A stretch of DNA of 64,000 nt from Octopus vulgaris (Eukaryota): the NCBI GenBank assembly GCA_951406725.2, contig OX597834.1, positions 27,218,001 through 27,282,000 of the forward strand. Reading direction: 5' to 3'. The notes below the pieces were generated by a model. That model did no database searches. It saw only the letters and a list, made by a program, of their open reading frames with translations, and was not told where the DNA came from. The translations under genes and the position numbers were made by a program. This document shows positions 56,714 through 64,000 of this stretch, one piece after another. Numbering within the stretch: the stretch's first letter is position 1; each line of letters begins with the position of its first letter.

Positions 56714-57135
56714 CTCTTTTTTACTCTTTTACTTGTTTCAGTCATTTGACTACGGCCATGCTGGAGCACCACCTTTAATCGAGCAACTCGACCCCGGGAC
56801 TTATTCTTTTGTAAGCCCAGTACTTATTCTATCGGTCTCTTTTGCCGAACCGCTAAGTAACGGGGACATAAACACACCAGCATCGGTTGTCAAGCAATGC
56901 TAGGGTGACAAACACAGACACACAAACACACACACGCACACATACACATATATATATATACATATGTACAACGGGCTTCTTTTCAGTTTCCGTCTACCAA
57001 ATCCACTCACAAGGCTTTGGTCGGCCCGAGGCTATAGCAAAAAAAACACTTGCCCAAGATGCCACGCAGTGGGACTGAACCCGGAACCATGTGGTTGGTA
57101 AGCAAGCTACTTACCACACAGCCACTCCTACGCCT
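56714..57135 (-). mobile_element. SINE family B, full length
   Basis: Very similar to 30827-31256. Confidence 0.92.
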
Positions 57136-57345
57136 ATGTACATATATGTATATGTAAATATGTGTTTGAGAAATATATGAATGTGAGATTTCGTGATTGG
57201 TATGTCCTTACGTAGATATATACACGATTATTTACGCAGGTATGTGCAGATGCACGTGATTTTATGTATTACACTCCGCTTTGCTATCAAGTTTTCAAAT
57301 ATCGATGTGCATACATCCGGCTTGGTGTATATCTATGCATGGTAT

Positions 57346-57389
<44 letters not shown>

Positions 57390-57437
57390 ACATACACACA
57401 CAGACACACACACGTATATATGTTAAGTATGTGAGTA

Positions 57438-57478
<41 letters not shown>

Positions 57479-57526
57479 CTACTTATCGGTGTGAAGGTAT
57501 GCAAGCATATGTATGCTATCTATATA

Positions 57527-57660
<134 letters not shown>

Positions 57661-57667
57661 ATGTATC

Positions 57668-57706
<39 letters not shown>

Positions 57707-58000
57707 AAAGAAAGAGAGAGATACATATACATCCATACACATATAATTATAGACATATACGCATACAAATATAGATATATATTCACAGATGGATATATGC
57801 GTGAGTATATAAGCGGCCTTGTGTTACCCACAAGAGCTTTTTTATGCTCATGCAACATTTATTTATGGACGTTTTGTGTTGCATATGATGGTGTATATGT
57901 GCACACATGCACACACACACACGCGCATGCCGTATATGGACACAGAGAGACGGTGAGATGCAGATACATATATGTGTGCATACACACGTATATAAATACA

Positions 58001-58054
<54 letters not shown>

Positions 58055-58241
58055 CATGTATGTATAGATATATATGTACATAAATACATACGCGCATATA
58101 TTATATATATACATGTATGTATGTATGTATGTATATATATATATATATATATATCCATATGTATATACATATATATACTCAATTATATATATATATATTA
58201 TATATGATATACATATATATATGTATATATATATATATACG

Positions 58242-58272
<31 letters not shown>

Positions 58273-59060
58273 GGGTGCGTACCGCAGCAAGGTGGACGTG
58301 GGAGGAGTGGGCTGGGGTATGGGTGAAGATGGGGGGATTGGAGGGGGGGGGTAAAAATCTATAGATTCGATGACCTTTAAAAACTGGCATTGATAGCGAT
58401 AGTTTGTCTATTGACTCCCTGGTCCGCCATAAACAGCATAATAATAGATGGTCCCCTTGGGAAAGACGCGAGGGTGGCGGGGTGGGGGACCGACGGAGGG
58501 AGCGTTACGTTTGATCAAATGATTAGGTTTGGCATCGACCGATGCATTACATGCAGAAAAAGAAGAAAAAAAATCACATTCGAGGAACAAACGAACAAAC
58601 AAAAAGTAACAATAAGAAAAAAAAATGCTGTACTAGATGGACGTGGACACTAAGAATTAGTGTGAGTAGGACAGCAGCAATTGTTGTAGCAGCAGCAACA
58701 ACCGCAATGGCAGCAGCAACTGCAACAGCAGCAGCAGCAGCAGCAGCGGCAGCAGCAGAGTCTGTTGCGAGGGTGTCATCAGGAGCAGCAATTGGAAATA
58801 GACCAGTGGAGGATCTTGACAGCATTTGTTGGAACGAGAGCAAAATCCTAACAGTCAGCATCATCATCATGAGCATCATCTTCATCCTCATCCTCATCCT
58901 CATCATCATCATCTTCATCGTTGTCGTCGTCGTCATCATCATCATCGTCACCATCGTCTTCATCGCCGTCGTCGTCATCGTCATCATCGTCGTCATCATC
59001 ATCATCATCATCATCATCATCGTCATCATCATCATCATCTTCATCATCATCATCACCACC

Positions 59061-59094
<34 letters not shown>

Positions 59095-59180
59095 TCATCG
59101 TCATCATCATTATCAATATTATCCTCGTCATCATCATCATCATCATCATCACCACCACTACCACCACCACCACCACCACC

Positions 59181-59214
<34 letters not shown>

Positions 59215-59636
59215 TCATTATCGTCATCATCATCGTTACCGTTATCAGCATCATTATCACTGTTGTCATCGTTTTCACCATGCTCATCATCATCATCATC
59301 ATCATCATCAACTGCAACAATACCAACAACAACAACAAGAACAGCAACAACAACAACAGTAGCAGCAACTTTTGGCTTTTAACAATTAGAGATGAGCAGC
59401 CGTAGTAGCAGCAACAGCAGCAGCAACAGCAACAGAAGCAACAGAGGTCGCTGTAGGAACACTATCTACAGCTGCGGCAATACCAGCTTTGAATGAAATA
59501 TGATACATGAATAACAACAGCAACATGAACGAAAACTGCCCTAGCAGTAGCAGCCGCAGCAGCAATGGGAAATACATCTGCTATGAGTGTTCCATAACCT
59601 GATCATTAAGTTTTCTTGCAAAATCTTGTCCAATAC

Positions 59637-60319
59637 TCTCTTGTAAAGATGGAAGGTGTAATTTTCCTGGCCAAAACTATTATTTCGGACATACATGCAC
59701 AACACATCCTCGTCACTTGACTATGCTTTTACAATAAAAGTTCTTCGAGCAAGAAATAGAACAAAATTTGATCGAAAATTAGAGAAATTCACAAAAATGT
59801 TTCTTATATTATAGTTGTACTAGCAGTATCGCCCGGCGTTGCTCGGGTTTGTTTCGATCCTTTAGAATTGGAATTTTTGAAAAGTTAAAATTTTGCATTA
59901 TGTAGCTTGTTATTCTCTTTAAGTGAACATTTTTCTGGCTGAAATACACCGAAAATGGCGACACAGCAGTAAAAAAATCTCTTGTAAAGATGGAAGGTGT
60001 AATTTTCCTGGCCAAAACTATTATTTCGGACATACAAACACAACACATTCTCGTCGCTTGACTATGCTTTTACAATAAAGGTTCTTTGAGCAAGAAATAG
60101 AACAAAATTTGATCGAAAATTAGAGAAATTCACAATAATGTTTCTTATATTATAGTTGTACTAGCAGTATCGCCCGGCGTTGCTCGGGTTTGTTTCGACC
60201 CTTTAGAATTGGAATTTTTGAAAAGTAAAAATTTTGCATTAAGTAGCTTGTTATTCTCTTTAAGTGAACATCTTTCTGGCTGAAATACACCGAAAATGGC
60301 GACACAGCAGTAAAAAAAA
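59637..60319. repeat. 341-bp tandem duplication spanning a Helitron 3' end and its flank
   Basis: Units 59637-59977 and 59978-60319. CTAGCAGTATCGCCCGG starts at 59820 and 60161. Confidence 0.9.
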
Positions 60320-60515
60320 TCGTAAAAAATAGGAATTTTCATAGAAAAAAAGCACCTTTTTGATGTAAATAATTTATGGTGTTAACATGGTCCGATTCTA
60401 TCATACTTTCAATTTTGGTCAACTTGCGCCGCAGGGTCTCGGAGGAGATAGTGTTCGTTGAAGGCTACCAAACCTGCCATACACAGACAACTTCAGCTTT
60501 ATATATATATAGAGA
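60161..60515 (-). mobile_element. Non-autonomous Helitron
   Basis: A|TCTCTATATATA start, hairpin plus CTAG|T end. Confidence 0.85.
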
Positions 60516-60586
60516 TTAATAACCAAATAATAAAAAAAGAACTCAGCATATAGATACTGCACATGTGCTATAATTCGGACGTGGAA

Positions 60587-60975
60587 TGGGATGGAAGCAC
60601 TCCGTCGGTCACGACGACGAGGGTTCCGGTTGATCCGAATCAACGGAACAGCCTGCTCGTGAAATTAACGTGTAAGTGGCTGAGCACTCCACAGACACGT
60701 GTACCCTTAACGTAGTTCTCGGGGATATTCAGCGTGATACAGAGAGTGACAAGGCCGGCCCTTTGAAATACAGGTACAACAGAAACAGGAAGTAAGAGTG
60801 AGAGAAAGTTGTGGTGAAAGAGTACAGCAGGGATCACCACCATCACCTGCCGGAGCCTCGTGGAGCTTTAGGTGTTTTCGCTCAATAAACACTCACAACG
60901 CCCGGTCTGGGAATCGAAACCGCGATCCTATGACTGCGAGTCCGCTGCCCTAACCACTGGGCCATTGCGCCTACA
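60587..60975 (-). mobile_element. SINE family A, full length
   Basis: TSD GGACGTGGAA at 60577-60586 and 60976-60985. Confidence 0.95.
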
Positions 60976-61329
60976 GGACGTGGAAGAAGTGTTAACTTTA
61001 GTGATGATAGTCTAATAAGTTATAACGGTATTCCCATAATGCTTTGCGTTTTACAGTAAATGGCGTGGACAACGAGATCAATAATACAGTCCTTTCATTC
61101 TGATGATGAGACCTGAAAGTGTTGAAACGTTATCTGATTTCAGAATCTTAACGTTTCAAAGGCTTCATAAAGGACTCGCAAGGCAATGAGACAATCTTTT
61201 TTTTAAGCAGAAACGTTAGACATGAACATAGTCGTGTTTTCGATAGATAAGTGGTTCCATATTTACTCATACACGCATGTTCACATTTATATAGATACAC
61301 AAATATCTATAAATACGTATGCATGCCTA

Positions 61330-61550
61330 CGTACATACATACATACATACATACATACATACATACATACATACATACATACATACATACATACATACAT
61401 ACATACATGTATGCATACATACATACATACATACATACATACGTACATGCATACATACATACATACATACATACATACATGCATGCATACATACATACAT
61501 ACATACATACATACATACATACATACATACATACATACATACATACATAC

Positions 61551-61581
<31 letters not shown>

Positions 61582-61625
61582 CATACATACATGCATACAT
61601 ACATACATACATACATACATACATG

Positions 61626-61657
<32 letters not shown>

Positions 61658-61731
61658 CATACATACATACATACATACATACATACATACATACATACAT
61701 ACATACATACATACATACATACATACATACA

Positions 61732-61765
<34 letters not shown>

Positions 61766-61789
61766 CATACATACATACATACATACATG

Positions 61790-61821
<32 letters not shown>

Positions 61822-61919
61822 CATACATACATACATACATGCATGCATACATACATACATACATATATACATACATACATACATACATACATACATACAT
61901 ACATACATACACACATACA

Positions 61920-61953
<34 letters not shown>

Positions 61954-62386
61954 CATACATACATAAACACGTTTGACTATACTCGAAAATTCACCTCATC
62001 GTCATCATCATCATTATCGTCGTCGTCGTCGTCATCATCATCACCACCATCATCATCATCGTCGTCGCTGTCGTCGTTCTCTTCTACATCGTCTTGGTCA
62101 TCACCATCATCATCATCATCATCATTATCATTATCATCGAGGTCATCGGCATCGTTATCATCATCATCGTCATCACCATGATCATGATCATCATCATCAT
62201 CATCATTGCTATCGGCATCATCTCGAAAATCGTCACCACCATCGCCACCTCTAATCCAATATTCATCATCATCATCATCATCATCACCATCATCATCATC
62301 ACCACCATCATCATCATCATCATCATCACCATCATCATCATCACCACCATCATCATCATCATCATCACCATCATCATCATCACCAC

Positions 62387-62432
<46 letters not shown>

Positions 62433-62436
62433 GTCG

Positions 62437-62496
<60 letters not shown>

Positions 62497-62500
62497 GGAG
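61330..62500. repeat. (TACA)n array followed by (CAT/CAC)n array
   Basis: Directly visible. Confidence 0.95.
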
Positions 62501-62956
62501 CAGAAACACCACCACCAACATCAATATACCCAACATCAATTTCTCCTCTTCTTTCCTCCATCTCGTGCCATCTATAAATTCATTGTCAGCAGCAGCACCA
62601 GCACCACCATCATCATCATCATTATCCCCATCATCACCACCACCATCCTCCTCACCAGGTTTTTGTAAATAGGCGGCATACGAACAAAACTGAGAGAGAG
62701 AGTTCATAAGGAACGAGACGTCCATGTCGCTCATTCTTCGTTCGTTGACGAAATGAGACGACGACGACGCTGTGTGAAGTTTGACCTGGTGACCTTTCTT
62801 TGATGCAGCTTCGAGTGTGGGTCACTTGAAATATATGTTACAGTAAGGAGGACATGGAATGTTGGAGGATAATAGAGGCGTGTCAGCGACATGTCTACAG
62901 TACAGGTGACATACAGTAATATCATACACACACACACACACACACGCATATATATG

Positions 62957-63258
62957 TTTCTTTATTAGCCACACAGGGCTGCACCATAGACAGGACAAAT
63001 TTCAAGGTAGAGCTTTTCTTTTGGGGGTAAAAAAAAAAGGGGGGTTTGGTTTTCGATCAAAAGGGATCGTAAAGGGAAAGAAAGAGGACAAAAAAAGAGG
63101 GGAATAAAATTTAAGAAAAAAAAAGGGGGGGAAAGGGGGAAAGGAAAATAAATTGATCAATAGGGATCGTTATCACAGAAATGTCAATATGAAGTGTAAA
63201 GGGGAGGACAGGTGAGGTTTACCCGTGGAAAGAAAAGCCTGCGGAAAAGACCACGGTA
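62957..63258 (-). mobile_element. LINE 3' UTR (Tx1/L1-like family), longest copy in the window
   Basis: Minus strand ends CAGCCCTGTGTGGCTAATAAAGAAAC-(AT)n. Homologous to the copies at 42.7 and 50.4 kb. Confidence 0.7.
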
Positions 63259-63481
63259 AACGTTTGTCATGTTTGCAGTATAAGTGAGTTCGCATTACAC
63301 CAGCAGCCTTCCACTTTTTTTTTTCGTCCAAGGGATTTTTAAGCCAAATATTGTACACATATCTTTTACTCGTTTCAGTGTTTCAGTGTTTATACCTCGT
63401 TCAGAGATTTATTATTGTTTGCATACAATTTTTCGAGATCAGTGACGAAAAGTTACTGGAAAAACGATATAAGTATTTGCA

Positions 63482-64000
63482 TTGGGACCCCTTTCATCGA
63501 AAACCGGTGATAAGATGATACCGCCAACTGGACTCTCGAAGGAAAGTGAGGCATGTTTTCACTGCACGGTTGCAGTCATAAAAGAATGCATGTGGCGTAC
63601 AAGAATGGAAGGAGTCGCAATAGGATCCTTTGTCTCAGGCCCTGGCTTGCTCACTTACTTCAGATATCATCTGAAGAGCAAAATGGGGCTGGAAAAGAAG
63701 ACCTTACTACGAGGTGTGTATGAAAAAAGATGGAAGGAAGTGGCAAAAAAGGTGGGTGTCAGAAACCCAGTTTAACTAAGGATGGAGAAGAGGAAAGGAA
63801 AGCTGCGGGGCCTTATAGGTTGCCGGGGTTTAAAATATATCGGTAAGATTTCAATCTAATGTAATGTTATATTAGTCAATGCAAAGGACAATTTAAATAC
63901 AGTTTTTTTGTATAATGAATAATCCATATATTTTGGAAATTTTTAAACGAACCACTTAACTGTTTTTTGTGTGTATGTCCTGTATTGTTCTTCTATGTAC
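63482..64000 (+). mobile_element. Probable Tx1/L1-like LINE ORF2 C-terminal fragment and 3' UTR
   Basis: ..ACFHCTVAVIKECMWRTRMEGV...GPGLLTYFRYHLKSKMGLEKKTL....YEKRW resembles the K..iW..R....F...W ending of Tx1-clade ORF2. Recognised by motif only. Confidence 0.55.

Noticed and set aside
61095-61228. CTGATGA...GAAACGTT hammerhead-like region with internal inverted repeats
   Set aside because: Core words are present, but stems I and II do not pair cleanly with either GAAACGTT. At best a heavily decayed motif.

Overview
This is eukaryotic, AT-rich DNA dense in microsatellites, with no intact protein-coding gene. Nearly all ORFs in the supplied track are translations of (TA)n, (CA)n, (TACA)n, (CTAT)n, (ATC)n and (AAT)n arrays or of SINEs. 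The repeat content (tRNA-headed SINEs resembling the octopus OK/OR1/OR2 types, plus decayed RTE, R4/Dong, CR1-like, Tx1-like and Penelope retroelements, Tc1/mariner relics, non-autonomous Helitrons and a TTAA MITE) points to intronic or intergenic DNA of an Octopus species. That assignment is my recognition, not a database result. The most interesting signal is a set of dispersed minimal type I hammerhead ribozyme motifs, each with a palindromic stem III. One has a canonical core (20135-20217). Two carry compensatory changes at the conserved 3-8 core pair: U3-A8 at 7936-7977, inside a 364-bp directly repeated unit with a long rod-like stem, and A3-U8 at 54643-54675, downstream of a Penelope GIY-YIG fragment. 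Several decayed copies also occur. Other notable items: a probable non-coding minus-strand exon (29734-29918) with a candidate promoter/first exon near 42.4 kb, modular and multimeric SINEs that swap tails, a tRNA-Arg(TCG) pseudogene, and several unusual local repeats.
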